From Phoronis australis (lineage: Eukaryota; Animalia; Phoronida), in NCBI GenBank assembly GCA_002633005.1, contig NMRA01000001.1, positions 4,690,694-4,754,693 on the forward strand: a DNA stretch of 64,000 nt, read 5' to 3'. The notes beneath the pieces are model-generated. The model worked only from the letters and a program-made list of their open reading frames with translations. It searched no databases and was not told the origin of the DNA. Positions 46,264 to 61,200 of this stretch are shown here, in pieces. The translations under genes and the position numbers were made by a program. How positions within the stretch are numbered: the first letter of the stretch is position 1; every line of letters begins with the position of its first letter.

Positions 46264-49200
46264 GTACGTATACTGTGCTGTGTGTGACCCCTTGCCTTGG
46301 CCTTGGTGGACAGGTGATTGTGTGTGTTGACATCACTGATCAGGATGTGACACTTCGACTAAGTTGATTTTTAAAAAGAAATTTCCCACTCCTATATAAC
46401 CAGCCAGCCAGCTAGCTGTACATTTCTGAATGTACAATTTCAGCTAGAAATCGTTTTTGGTCAGGAACTGACAAAATAAGCATTTGTCATGGTTAGCTTG
46501 CATTTTCAATCTGTACACTGAAAGTGAAACTCAATAAGCCTGTCTTGCTTTGGATTTCGTCTTAATATTCATGAGGTAATATTAAGAAAGGTTAGGTTAT
46601 TGTTTACAATCCGACTCTATTAACGTACATACTTGATTCTACTATTTTCTGAATCCTCTCACCATAATGATCATGGTGATTCCAAAAAATGTTTTACTCA
46701 AGTACTGATCATAGCCAGGCGTCCTCAGCTGATTCTCCCCAATATACTACATATAATACTACAAGGTACGACACTCGGGACTAGAAATTCCATGGGTTCT
46801 TCGATTCAGCCGTCCATGTAAAACACATAACTCAATAAATTTACACAAAACAGGGGTTCAACAAACCATGAGAAATTATTCTTTCTTATAATACCATTCA
46901 CGGTGTCTTACTCCAGCGAGTTCGCAAGAAATTCGCTGTCTAAGCACAAAAAATGTTCCCTAAAAGCCCAAACACACTTTGCTCTTTGTCGGTTCGAGGT
47001 CAAGGACCGTACGGAAATTGCCGGTTTGTCGCGTAAAGTCACAATGTCGATAATGCCATCCATCCGTAATTCATTGGCAATTTCCGTACCGCCCTTGACC
47101 TCGAACCGACAAAGTGCAAAGCTACCACCAGACAATGTTCTGGGAAATTACAGGCATTCACAAATGTTCAGTTTTAGGAGCTTTTAAAAGATGAAAAAAG
47201 GTTAATTTTGGCAATTTTTTACAAAATTGTTGAGACTTTACTATAGCAGTGTATCATCAGTTAAATCGCAGAGTAGGGTTCTGTGCCCAGTTGCATGAAA
47301 CAGTCCCAAATAAGGACTCAACTTAGGTCCCTAAATATTCTGCGAATTTGTAGGCTTTGTGAAAACACTGATTGTCATTTCTTATGCTGTTTTAATTTCA
47401 TTTCTAAGTCAACTTTTGCTTTTGATACAAATCGAAAGTGAACTCTATGTTGAAGTCTCAATATTATCGAAAATGTATTGGGATCTTTTCATGCAACGCT
47501 CCTAATTTTGGGACTAAGTCCCTATTTATTTTCATTGAATTCAGGGCTCAGTTTTTAGTTATTATTTGAAAATGTCATCAGTCAAAGAGGAACTCACAAT
47601 AAAGATAAAATTATAGAAGAAGGTCACTGTGAGTTAACAGAGACACAAATAGGCAAAAGATTTAGGTAACTTATTTGAGTCCCTATGTGGGACTGTTTCA
47701 TGCAACCCGGCCTTTATGCTTGTCAGACCATCCCCCCAGCACGAAATAAAAAAGTATGAGTGCAGGATGGCTATTGTAAAGGTGTATTTCTCCCTTTTTA
47801 GCTAAACAACAAAATTTTAGTCTCTGGAAATCAGTCTCATAAAATTCCTTTCTTTGATGGGACTCAATATCCGTAATCTGAAGGTTTCGTTGTTCTTGTT
47901 ATTTATAGAAATTAAATCCTGTCAAAGTAACGAATGATGTGAGAACAATTTACAGTGGCTTAAAATCATTTTTCATTTATTAACAGTTAAACAGGACAAA
48001 ATAGGACATTAAGTGATGGAAGCAAAGACAATTGTGAGCAATCCTTCTCCAAATTGAAAATGATTAAAACTTGCCTGAGGTCAACAATGACTACGGATTG
48101 CTATGTGATGCCCACAGTTTTAAGAAGCATCTAATTCCAGCAACTTTGGCCACATTATTAGCATAATTTTCCTGAGAGAAAATAACACAAAAGAGAGTTT
48201 TGGACTTTTCTTAGGTAGCATATCAAAGATCAGTTTCCAGTCTTATCACATAATGTAAAGTTTTTATGATAATTTGTTCAGAAGAATCATCAGTCACATA
48301 TTTTCAACAAATCATCGTTAATATAATTAGGAATTTTTATTCTTAACTGAGTACTGTCTTTGGTAATTGACAATTCACATGACTTAGTTTAGGCATGTAT
48401 ACGAGACTGAAACAAAACTGTTTGGTCATGAACGACATTCCTAGGGGTGCCTTCGGTATTGTTGCCTCAAGAGCCTCAAGAGTCAACATCCTCTCTACAT
48501 CACTGATTCCTCAAACCAACTTTGAGGTATACCATACTATTTGACTTGGTTACAGTCATTTGAGTTGGTAAAAACAAACATTTTACTAAGTTACTGGGCA
48601 GGTCTTGTAGTAATGTGTTTTGAAGTGAAGGCATTATTGATGCCCCAGTGGCCAGTTGCATGAAAAAGTCCCTAATGGGGACTCAACTAAGTTCCTTAAA
48701 TCTTTTGCCTATTTATGTCTTTCTTTACTCTCAGAGGAAATCTTTTTCTATCATTTCATCTTCATTATGAACTTTTCTTTTAGTAATAGCATTTTCTAGC
48801 AATGTGAATACTAAAACTGAATCCTGAATTCAATGACAATAAAGAGGGACTTTCGGGCGTTGCCTGAAAAGTTTCCTATTTATTTTGATCGAGAATTCAA
48901 CATCGAGTTCACTCGCAATTTGTATCAAAGCCAAAAATTGACTTACGGAAGCTAAAACAACATAAGAATGTACAATCGATGTTTTCGCAAGTCCACAAAT
49001 ACACGGTAGATTTAGGAAACTTACTTGAGTCCCTGTTTAGACTGTTTCATGCAACCGTCAGAGACGTTTCATCTGGTCTTCACAACAATTTTTACATTGA
49101 AACGTTTGTCAGGAATATTATGGTGATTGTGCTTGCGTTCAGTTTCTTCTCCTCTGGGTGGTTCTAGGAGCTGGAACTAAGTAATTGACATTTTGTTGGC

Positions 49201-52200
49201 TATAAGATATAATGCAGTTTGTGTACCTCCTTGAGATGTAATCAAGCCTATATCTCAGTGGCTTACATTGGCCAGACGCATGAACTTTTTTATTGTTCTT
49301 TACCTCTATCAGTCTGGGTTATTGTTATGTAAATATCATAAAAGATGTGGTTAGGTTACAGTTCCAGGAAATTGAAAATTTTTGCCCTGTTTGTGAGGAA
49401 GAGTAGCAAATTCACACAAAGTTATTGTTTTAAAAACAAGTGCAGGTGGTCTGGTACATGTTGTACGAGACAGACTGCACAAGCTGCTCATGTGTGCCAA
49501 TTGCACTGATCACTGGAACCATTCTTATGATTTATTGATGTATCAAATAAAACTGAGTGGAAGAGCTAGAGACCTGACTCAAACTCGAGGATAGCAGTGC
49601 TTTCCAATGGAACTCAAACTCAGGACCTTGAGTATAGGAAGCAGACACTACCTACACTTAGGTTAACGATTTCTAAAGCTGTAATTCATACTCATATGCA
49701 TACATGTGTGCGTGTGTGTGTGTGTGTGTGTTTGTATGTGCGTGTGCCTATATATGTAGGCTATATGTATGTTTGGCTCACTGCCCAATCCTGAAATTTT
49801 CAAATTGCTTTTAAGCACCAATGTTAAACTCTGGACATACTCTCAGTTTATACGACCAGAGTCTTCTTTACAAGGGCTGTGTCTCTGTGAACTACCATCA
49901 CATCAGAATTTTTGCTCCCAAAAAATATGCAACTTGTTTACATTTGAGTAAAAATATATCAGTTGTAGTCGAACCTTGCCTTATTTGGGTTGGAAAATAT
50001 TCTTATTAATAATCTTCTGCTCTTTACTGAAGGAGACCTCAAATTGTTCTTTTGGCTGAAGTGCATTCTGATATTAATATAATCAGTGAGTTGTATATAT
50101 ATATTATATTTTCTTTTATTAGTTATGTCTCAAGAGTGTTGAAAACATTCATATGAACAGCAAGTTGCCAGTTCATTGCCTCTAATCTGCTCTTTGCCAT
50201 ACACGTGATTTTTTAGTTTTCTAATTCGCATGAGAAGTGGGTGGCCAGCTCATAATGTTGGTGTAAGTGCTTGCATTAGAAAATTTAAAGACACAATGTG
50301 TTAATTAGTTGGACTAAGCTTCTGAGCTATTGTGCACTTTTAGTCCATTCTAGATTATTATTATAAAGCTCCTACTGCACTATACAATCCTCTTATGGTT
50401 TTGGCTTTAGCGCATGATGTCCATAGTTGATTTATCTTCTTGGCTGTTTATCCAGTCGGCCCAAGCCATAGATTTCTGTTTTAAGAGCACATTTTCAACG
50501 CCCAGCTAGACCTTTGTCTAAGAGTAGTGCCAGGTTTTAAATCCAAATGGACACCTTGACTCAAATTTAGACATCCTAGTTAGGATGCTGTGTTCAACAT
50601 TTAAGCCCCTTATTCATGATTTGGACGCCCAAGCAATGTAAGCATTGATGCCTCTTCTCACTTGCAAACAGCAGGAGCGCATCGGCTTGTCCACAATAAA
50701 AATTTTTAGATTTGAAGGTTTGATGTAAAATACAATAAATTTGAAGTACAGACCCATGTCAATACAGTAACATCACACTATAGCAACACTTTGACTTGCA
50801 TCGAAAAAAAGTAATCCCTCTTTGGTCATGGTGGCCTGAGAAAGTGGAAATCCTAGTTTGGACGTCCTATTTTTGAAATCCTGGATGAATCCCTGGACAT
50901 TTGCCTTGATGAGTATAGTATATTCCTCTTTTATGAGTTGCTTAGGAACTATCTGTTGTTATTGTTGTTGTATGAATCCAACTGTTGATGTTGGATCAAT
51001 ATTGTCTCAAGAGAAAATCTAACCTTTGCATTTGTTGCATCTCCAACACGAATCTGATCAGCAACGTTATTGTTGTTTGTTTTGTGTATATGTTAGATGT
51101 CATATGCATGGAGGTTTTGTGGTGACGATTGCAGAGAGTTGCAAGAAAATGGGTGTACCGTTGTCGCCATCCACATCACTTGTGAACTATAGGTGACACT
51201 GAATTGACACATCAATAAAGGCACACCTCTTGACAATGAACTGTAGGTCATGGTGTACAAGACAAATTACACACCACCCAGCAAGGGTGGGGTTCCAATG
51301 TTAACATAACTACTAGTACATTAGCAGTACTGTCTAATTGTTTGACACTGGTAATGGATACTCTTGACAAAGAACAAAAACGAAGTTACAGTGTACATTG
51401 TGAACTTGTGTTCAAGTTCATGAAGTATTCACCACATTCTCAGTTTTTATGGTAGCAATTGAGGCACCGTATACTATTTATATTGATTTTGTATCGTTAT
51501 TTCACATTTTGGTATTCATTACGTTACAAACACCAGCAACCTAAATGCAATCTCACATAGAAAAACAGCTTGTTTCAAAAGGTCGCCCACAATTAGACAA
51601 ATATTTAATGCAGATCAAAACAGATTGGTTCACATCATTTTCCCACTGTTTATGCAGCAATATTAATAGACAATGGAACAAGACTATGTGAACTTCATAA
51701 AGGATTTATTCCTGTGGAAACATTCTTATTTCAAAGACCTTTTCCTACTGATGTGTCGTGTATGTCGGGTGCAAAGCTGAAATGAAGCCTCTAAAATATT
51801 AGGTGCAACTTTGCAATAAACCAGGAGGTTTAACTGCCAAGAACATAATTTATGTATATGGATTCATTGTCAAGAATGGTCTGCTATGTGTTAAGGGTTC
51901 TCTGTTCTTGCTGACTAGTTATAGGCCTGCTTAGTAACAGTACACTTGCCCTTACTTGCATTTCAGTTCATGTTATGCGAGACTGTGCCCTACTTAACTG
52001 GTATGAAAAAGAGGTGAACAGTTTCTGACCACACTGTGGTGTACCTCAAGGTAGAATGACTGAAGGTTATGGAGGACAATAAGTCTGTCCATTGTAACCA
52101 AATATCTACAAAATTATAGATTTTAACTCAGTAAAAGTATGATAAAATCTCACTAATTTCAGACAAAAATTATTGTCACCTTTGTCATTTTATTTTTCAA

Positions 52201-55200
52201 GGATTGTGCATGCTCATAATTTTTCAAAATATCAGTCTGATGGTGGCTGTGGTACACAGCTTGAATATGGAAAAAAATCCTACCAATGTTTTGGATATTT
52301 GTAACTAAAATTGATGTTAAAATCAAAAAGTTTCAGTGAAATCCACGGTGTCGCTTTCAAGAACCCATGTTCCTAAGTCAATTTGCTGAAGCTGAGAAAA
52401 GCTGTCAAAATCTCAAGATTTTCCCTTAATTATTCGATGAAAACTTAGTTTTTGGTCAATATAACCTGCCATGCCTTGTCCATGTTTGTATTCAACATTC
52501 ACTTGCAATGTCAACTGAATTTATAATGTGTAATTAACTTAATTATCCCTAAAATGTTATTTTAAGTTTGTAAGTTGGTTTCAGTGCCTGAATCAAACTA
52601 GGTTAGAGGCAGAGTCAATCGTTTATAGGTCAACAGTTCACTGTGGTACACATTTGACCCACGCGCCAGGGTGACTGATACCTAAAGCCGAACTACGAAA
52701 TGGGCAATAGAAATTGACTCTGGTTAAAGTGTGTCGTGAGCACGAGATTGGAACTGCAAAACATCAAATTACTGATGAAATTCATAAATTTGGGAATTAG
52801 TTTATCTTTTTTTTTCAATACTTGCTGTGTTCGTGAACAGAAAGTGCCAGACTCCGTGCGGGGACTTGGACTTGGTGCATTTGTCATCCGTTAAAAACAG
52901 ACGTTTGTACGTAGACGTATAACACTCTAGGATCAAAACTATGTTTTGTTTTCATTTTCCATGGCATCTTTCTAAACCTCATTGACTCCGCATTATGGTG
53001 ACTCAGTAAATGAAAGGTTTACGGGTACATCATATGGAACTGCTCTATGCCTCGTCTGGGAAATCGTTTTTTTTTCTACCTTAAAGTGGAAAAATGTCGA
53101 TTTTAAAGTTTACTAGAAACGTCAATAAAAGATTCCTCCACACAGGCATTCAATATTGCAAAAACTTTACAATTTGTAAATGTAAGGTCCTACATTCCAT
53201 AATCACTTGTTTTCATACTAAAAAACAACAGTTGGCAAGTTTGAAGCAAAATGTCGACGTTTACTCCTATTCACAACTTCTACCCTCGTGGAAGGGTGTA
53301 GTTTGTCATGTGATTGATAGGAATGTTGCAATGAATGTTTTTATCATGTCCCACATAAGAGTCATAGCCTTGTCAATATTGTTCACTTGAAACAACTGTC
53401 TTGTTCAAGTATTTACACTGTTGCCTGTATTACTCATTTCTTTGTAATCCCCCACTGAGTCATGATCAATCTGTAAGACCTTGCATGCTTACTCAAGATA
53501 ATATCTGAGCTCTGTTATAATTTATTTCTTCCTGTTTGTAGTTACTAGCTTTGGTATTGCAATTCTCCATAGCTTGCACCATTGACATTAAGTGAGACTT
53601 CCTACAGCCACAGGGCTGTGGTCTCTTGTTCATTGTCATATTTTGTCATGCATACCATAGGTAGTTACAATTCAACCTCATTACAAGGTGGCCTGTTTAG
53701 AGCATTAACAGTGATCAGTTAGTGAATATTAATTTAAGACATCCGGTTGTTAAATATCAGTAAACTTTGCTCAGTTGAAATGTAAGTCCTGAGTATTACG
53801 ATAGTTTTAAGTTTTCTTTTAGTGGTTGACGGTGATGCAAACTTCCAAGTGTTGATCTGTCTAAAGTACTCAGAACTTGTAGTCATAAGTATTTACAGCC
53901 TACACCTTTACAATGCAACATTAAAAATTTCCCACCCCTAGTTACTATGAACAAAGACTATATAACTATAAAATCTTTGCTATGAACTATGTTTACAATG
54001 AACAGTGGCCTTGGTAAGAAACCCAGTCCAAAGAATGTACATATGGTATGTCACTAGGCTGTTGAGTTGTTTATAAAGGGGCAGGTCCAACTTCTGTATT
54101 ATTTGATTTCTTAATGTTGTGTAGGACCTTAGAAAAATGTCTTAATTTGGCCACTTAGTAACATCATGTCTGAGGATTCAGAAGAGATTTGCTGGATATA
54201 TGCGAAACTTTCAGATATTGTGATTTATGCGCTGGTTTCCAGAGTGCTGTCGGAGATTTTTTTTAAAAGTTCCACCTTTTGTGAGGGTTATCAAGAAAAA
54301 ACTCAGCTGTATATAACGAAATGATAATTTTAGAAAACTGACAGCATTTTATACATTTGGTCTTGAACTTATGCACATTAAAGGGAGTTTGGTCCTTTTG
54401 TTGATACTGTTGTTTTGCTATTAATGTATTTTTCTTGTTTGCTTTAGCTAATTGGTCACTGTGTCCAAATTAGAATGACTGTATTATGTGAAACTATTAA
54501 GTCTGAAAACCTGTCTTAATATGAGACTAATAAACACCCCTAGAAGCATATCATTTGCCATGCAGCCGTGTTCATTTCAAAGCTTTGATCTTGTTCATTC
54601 TGATATTGTAAAAAGATTCGTGACTTGTTCAATAAGTGAAGCTGATATGTATGTAGCTAATGTTTCTGTAAATTAGCAGATGAGCTGAAAGCAAAATTAG
54701 GTTCAAGAAAGCATTGCACGCAATTTGCGTGTCATGTCGGTTGTGATGCTAAGGCATTTTTAAAAAACCGTCAGACTTGTTTAATAACCTTATCGACAAC
54801 TTTGTGCATTCAGAAAAATACTGAGAAAACTTGAGATCTTAATTCTTTAAAAGTGAAACTCTGTAGAATTTGATTGATGACTTTTTACCAATCTTTTATT
54901 AATTGGGTCACATGACCATGTTAACCTGTTAAGAAAAAGGAAAGGAAAATTGATAGCAAAATTATGGTATCAATTCACAAAACGTGTTGAGAGTGGCGTA
55001 CATGAAATAATTCCACGAGACATTATTCCGCGTATCAACCGAGACCGTTTGCGCGTTCGGTTGCAAGTTTTCTCTTGTAAAAAAAAACAAGTTTTAAAAA
55101 GTAATCATTTATTTCTTGAAAAGAGGTAGCAAAGATGAGAACAACGGCAACTTTGCAATAAACTTGTAACATCTCCTGGAACTAGTTAAAAAACAACAAT

Positions 55201-58200
55201 ATTTGATATTTTAGTTTCCTAGGAATCGGCGCCTGAGTTGCAGACGATATAGTATTCAGCAATTGAAAAACAGTTTTGTTCCAGATTTTACATTTAGGGC
55301 CTGGTTGCATGTCGAGTATTAGTTACACTGCTGCAACTGTATTACTTTAAACTATATTCGGAAAGTTTGAGTATCGAACCGGCTGAAGATGTCAAGTCGA
55401 CATTGACCTACCTTATGAACTTTCCATGTCAAAGGTCACTGTTGAAGCAGTGTGGGAGGTGAATACAGAAAACTTTATTACATGGTCGTATTTCCCTCGA
55501 CATATTCAACGCGTATGGGATAAATAACATGATCAAATTTCATTTCATATAAAGGTGAAATATCAAAAATGTTGTTACAGTTTTCTAAAATATAATTTAG
55601 TTTTTGTTTTAAAAATGTAACTTTAACTTTTAGATTTTTCATGAAAGTTTTTTGATAGCCCCTCATGCAAAAGTGGAACATTTTACAAACAATTCATAAT
55701 GCGTTTTTTATGAACAGGGCATAAAGCATAGTATCTGAAAGTTTCGTTTGAATTCGATCAGCCATTTCTGAGATATGATGTTCCGAAGTCAGCCAAAATT
55801 TGGTCATTTTTATTGGGTCTTGCATAACCTTAAAAATTGCTCTTATGGAAATCCTGACATGTGTGAGGTTTTCTGCTATGGCACACAAATTTTCTAGAAA
55901 GACAAATCGGACCAAAAATATTGTTCATTCTGTTCTTTACCCAACTCATTTAGAGCAGCGAGTCGTCTAGGGGCCACCATGGTTGTCACTGGGATAGTCA
56001 ATTTTAAAAAATCATAGCTTTAATGAATGGCACGGCCAAGAGAGAAAAAAGATTACTGTTTCAAGACACCCCAGTGAAAACGATGGCGAAATGAAGAATT
56101 TTAATGTTTCTGATCAATAAATTTATTGAAAGGTATTATTCTTTTTTTAATTTGATAGGTATTGTGACATAAATCGAGATCATAGAATGTCTATTTTCAC
56201 TATAAATGTCACACTGATGATCGTCAAATACTGGCAGCCATGTTTTTCTCGGGAATACCTCCCAGTTTTGTGAAATCAGGTTAGCCTCATATGGAATCCC
56301 TGCACATGGCAAGTGTCAATCTCACGAATTTGGACCCTCACTAATCAAGTCCTNNNNNNNNNNNNNNNNNNNNNNNNNNNNNNNNNNNNNNNNNNNNNNN
56401 NNNNNNNNNNNNNNNNNNNNNNNNNNNNNNNNNNNNNNNNNNNNNNNNNNNNNNNNNNNNNNNNNNNNNNNNNNNNNNNNNNNNNNNNNNNNNNNNNNNN
56501 NNNNNNNNNNNNNNNNNNNNNNNNNNNNNNNNNNNNNNNNNNNNNNNNNNNNNNNNNNNNNNNNNNNAGAAAATAAAGTGACAAAAACGTTCAAGTATTA
56601 TATTTTGAAGTGAGTCCATGACCCAAGACAATAACTTGTTACTTGTGTAATTGCAATTCACATTGCTAAACCACCGTCTCGGAGGCCCGGCGTCGTTGCG
56701 CTCATTGTGATCATCGATCTTTTTCTAAAAGTCGGGGAATCGCGCGTTTCCTTAGCACTGGGCGCTAAATCTTCATTCTTTAAAAGTCGGGGATGGGCGC
56801 TTAACCGAGAGGTGGGCGCTTAACTGGAAATCTTCAAAAATCGCAGGGGGGCGCTTAACCGAGCAGTGGGCGGTTAAATCGAAAATCCACCAAAAGTAGG
56901 GGTGGGCGGTTAACTGAGCATGGGCGTTAACCCGAACGTTTACGGTAGTTACTAGCTTTGGCATTCCAATTCTCCATAGCTTGCACCATTGACATTAAGT
57001 GAGACTTCCTACAGCCACAGGGCTGTGGTCTCTTGTTCATTGTCATATTTTGTCATGCATACCATAGGTAGTTACAATTCAACCTCATTACAAGGTGGCC
57101 TATTTAGAGCATTAACAGTGATCAGTTGGTGAATATTAATTTAAGACATCCAGTTGTTAAATATCAGTAAACTTTGCTCAGTTGAAGTGTAAGTCCAGTG
57201 TTATGATAGTTTTAAGTTTTCTTTTAGTGGTTAATGGTGATGCAAACTTGCAAGTGTTGATCTGTCTAAAGTACTTGGAACTTGTAGTCATAAGTATTTA
57301 CAGCTTACACCTTTACAGTGCAATATTAAAAATTTCCCACCCCTAGTTACTATGAACAAAGTTACTATATAACTATAAAATCTTTGCTATGAACTACAAC
57401 TATGTTTACAATTAACAGTGGCCTTGGTAGAAACCCAGTCTAAAGAATGTACATATCGTATGTCACTGAGGCTGTTGAGTTGTTTATAAAGGGGCAGGTC
57501 CAACTTCTGTATTATTTGATTTCCTAATGTTGTGTAGGACCTTAGAAAAATGTCTTAATTTGGCCACTTAGTAACATCGTGTCTGAGGATTCGGAAGAGG
57601 TTTGCTGGATATATGCGAAACTTTCAGATATTGTGATTTATGCGCTGCTTTCCAGAGTGCTGTCGGAGATTTTTTTAAAAAGCTCCACCTTTTGTGAGGG
57701 TTATCAAGAAAAAACTCAGCTGTATATAGCGAAATCATAATTTTAGAAAACTGACAGGGTTTTTTACATTTGGTCTTGAACTTTTACACATTAAAGGGAG
57801 TTTGGTCCTTTTGTTGATACTGGTGTTTTGCTATCAATGTATTTTTCTTGTTTGCTTTAGCTAATTGGTCACTGTGTCCACTGTATTATGTGAAACTATT
57901 AAGTCTGAAAACTTGTCTTAATATGAGACTAATAAACACCCCTAGAAGCATATCATTTGCCATGCAGCCGTGTTCATTTCAAAGCTTTGATCTTGTTCAT
58001 TCTGATATTGTAAAAAGAGTCGTGACTTGTTCAATAAGTGAAGATGATATGTATGTAGCTAATGTTTCTGTAAATTAGCAGATGAGCTGAAAGCAAAATT
58101 AGGTTCAAGAAAGCATTGCACGCAATTTGAGTGTCATGTCAGTTGTGATGCTGAGGCATTTTTAAAAAAACCGTCAGACTTGTTTAATAACCTTATCGAC

Positions 58201-61200
58201 AACTTTGTGCATTCTGAAAAATATTGAGAAAACTTGAGATCTTACTTCTTTAAAAGTGAAACTCTACAGAATTTGATTGATGACTTTTTACCTATCTTTT
58301 ATTAATTGGGTCACATGACCATGTTAACGTGTTAAGAAAAAGTAAAGGTAAATTGATAGCAAAACTATGGTATCAATTCACAAAACGTGCTGAGAGTGGC
58401 ATACATGAAATAATTCCACAAGACATTATTCCGCGTATCGACCGAGACTGTTTGCGCGTTAGGTTGCAAGTTTTCTCTTGTAAAAGAAACAAGTTTTAAA
58501 AGTAATGATTTATATTTCTTGAAAAGAGGTAACAAAGATGGCAACTTTGCAATGAACTTGTAACATCTCCTGGAACTAGTTAAAAAACAATAATAATTGA
58601 TATTTTAGTTTCCTAGGAATCGGCGCCTGAGTTGCAGACGATATAGTAGTCAGCAATTGAAAAACAGTTTTGTTCCAGATTTTACATTTAGTGCCTGGTT
58701 GCATGTCGAGTATTAGTTACACTGCTGCAACTGTATTACTTTAAACTATATTCGGAAAGTATCGAACCGACTGAAGACCTCAAGTCGACATTGACCTACC
58801 TTTTGAACTTTCCATGTCAAAGGTCACTGTTGAAGTAGTGCGGGAGGTGAATACGGAAAACTTTAACAGATTAAGCGCGTATGGGATAAATAACATGATC
58901 AAATTTCATTTGATATAAAGGTGAAATATCAAACATGTTGTTACAGTTTTCTAAAATATCATTTAGTTTTTGTTTTAAAAATGCAACTTTAACTTTTAGA
59001 TTTTTCATGAAAGTTTTTTGATAGCCCCTCATGCAAAAGTGCAACATTTTAAAAACAATTCCTAATGGGTTTTTTATGAACAGGGCATAAAGCTTAGTAT
59101 CTGAAAGTTTCGTTTGAATCTGATCAGCCATTTCTGAGATATGATGTTCAAAAGTCAGCCAATGGGGTCTTGTATTTATTTAAAAACCTTAAAAATTGCT
59201 CTTATGGAAATCCTGACGTGTGAGGTTTTCTGCTTCGGCACACAAATTTTCTAGAAAGACAAGTCAGACCAAAAATATTGTTCGTTCTGTTCACTACCCA
59301 ACTCATTTAGAGCAGCGACTCGTCTAGGGGCCACCATGGTTGTCACTGGGACAGTCAGTTTTAAAAAATCATAGCTTGGGTGTCATGGCCAAGAGAGGAA
59401 AAAGATTACTGTTTCAAGACACCCCAGTGAAAACGATGGCGAAACGAAGAATTTCGATGTCTCTGATCAATAAATTTTATTGAAAGGTATTATTCTTTGT
59501 TAGAGTTTGATAGGTATTGTGACTTAAATCGAGATCATAGAATGTCTATTTTCACTATAAATGTCACACTGATGATCGTCAAATACTGGCAGCCATGTTT
59601 TTTGCGGGAATACCTCCCAGTTTTGTGAAATCAGGTTAGCCTCATATGGAATCCCTGCACATGGCAAGTGTCAATCTCACGAATTTGGACCCTCACTAAT
59701 CAAGTCCTGGATGAGCCCCTGATTTGGAGACCTGTATAGTTAAAGATTGATTGTCATTGAATGCGAGTGTACATGAGCATTTAAAGCTACAAGTTACAAA
59801 ATCACACGTGATTTATTATTATTAACTGGTTCATTTCCAAAGCAATTGTTGCTGTGGAGTCAATAGGTGTATTTTTCTGAAGAATTTTATTTTTTCATGA
59901 AGGTTTCAGAAGTCTTTTGCATCACAAATGAAATGGTCCATTCATTTCAGCACCAACACTTCTTGAACACTTCATATCTGTTGTAGCTTGATGAGTCATT
60001 ATGCATAACTGGTTCAAATGCATCAAATGTCCGAGTTTAGATCCTAAGTTAAAATTTTATATCTCAATCTTTCAAATTTGGTGTGTCAATATCTTTTAAA
60101 AGGTCCTTCAGTGCAAATGTGAATTTTAAGTTGGAACTTTCTCAAATTCACCCATCTGATTGGTTCTTGCAAGGATAATTCAATCTGATAGGATGTTGAG
60201 GTAACTAAGTGCACTTATAAAATCATTCGTTTCATTTAACTTCGAAGTTTCGTCTTTCCTCTGTGTCGAAAGTTGCGTGTGTGCCTTTCTCATCTCACTT
60301 TTCAAGTACTGCTGCTATTTTCAATGTCACTGAAGATATCTGGCACAAAAGTCATCAAACTTTCATATATGTTTATTCTCATTTAGTTTTTTCAGTTAAT
60401 AACTACATCCTCAGTGTAGGCTACAGAACACTAACTCAAGGTAAAGTAATTGCAGTTAATGACGGTATTACTATTCTAAGCAATCCATGCAATCAATCCG
60501 AGGTCACTGGGTACAAATATGATTTTTGAGTTGGACTCTTCAAGTTTACACACATATTGATGAACATAAGTAACTTTTTAAAATGATAAGCTTGGGGGTC
60601 ATTTGGTGCACTTGCTCAGTCATAAGGGCAGTTATCCTCTGGGCCAAGAATAAACATTCAACTATGTTGAGACACTTTCTATTCGCTTCTTTTATATTGT
60701 ACTTTTAGGATTTAAAATGAAGCTGCAGGGGTCGGCTAGTACAAAAGACATCTATATTTCACAATGCCACTTCTACGCTTTTGAAGTTGCACCTTTTATT
60801 TAACATCAGTACCCTTGGGTATTGAACCAGTCATGTTGTATGCATTACTTCTTACTATGCAAGTATGCCTAGAGTCTGTTGCCATGGCAATTCGATGGGT
60901 AAAGCCTGTTGCTCCCATGGCAATGACATCTTAGTTGGTTATTGTTGTTCTAAGGTAGTTTCATCAATCCAGTGGGGGGTAGTGCTTTCTAAAACCTGCA
61001 TAAGGTAACTTAACTATCCGACAAGGCCATGGTACCTGACCGACTAACTTGTTTCACTACAAGTAGCTTCAAAGACATTGCTTAAGTGTACACAAACTGA
61101 AACCAACATTCTTGCAGACAATTGAAATATAGAGGAATCCAATGCTATTGAATTTGGATTAATGGAGAAAGTGGTCGCGACTGGGGAGAATTTCTAACTA

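Noticed and set aside
56313-56661. ORFs spanning the N run
   Set aside because: Artefacts of the assembly gap.
54488-59131. Duplicated ORFs (MKLLSLKTCLNMRL..., ..HFCMRGYQKTFMKNL..)
   Set aside because: Non-coding transposon relic copied in the 2.8 kb duplication; no recognisable domain.
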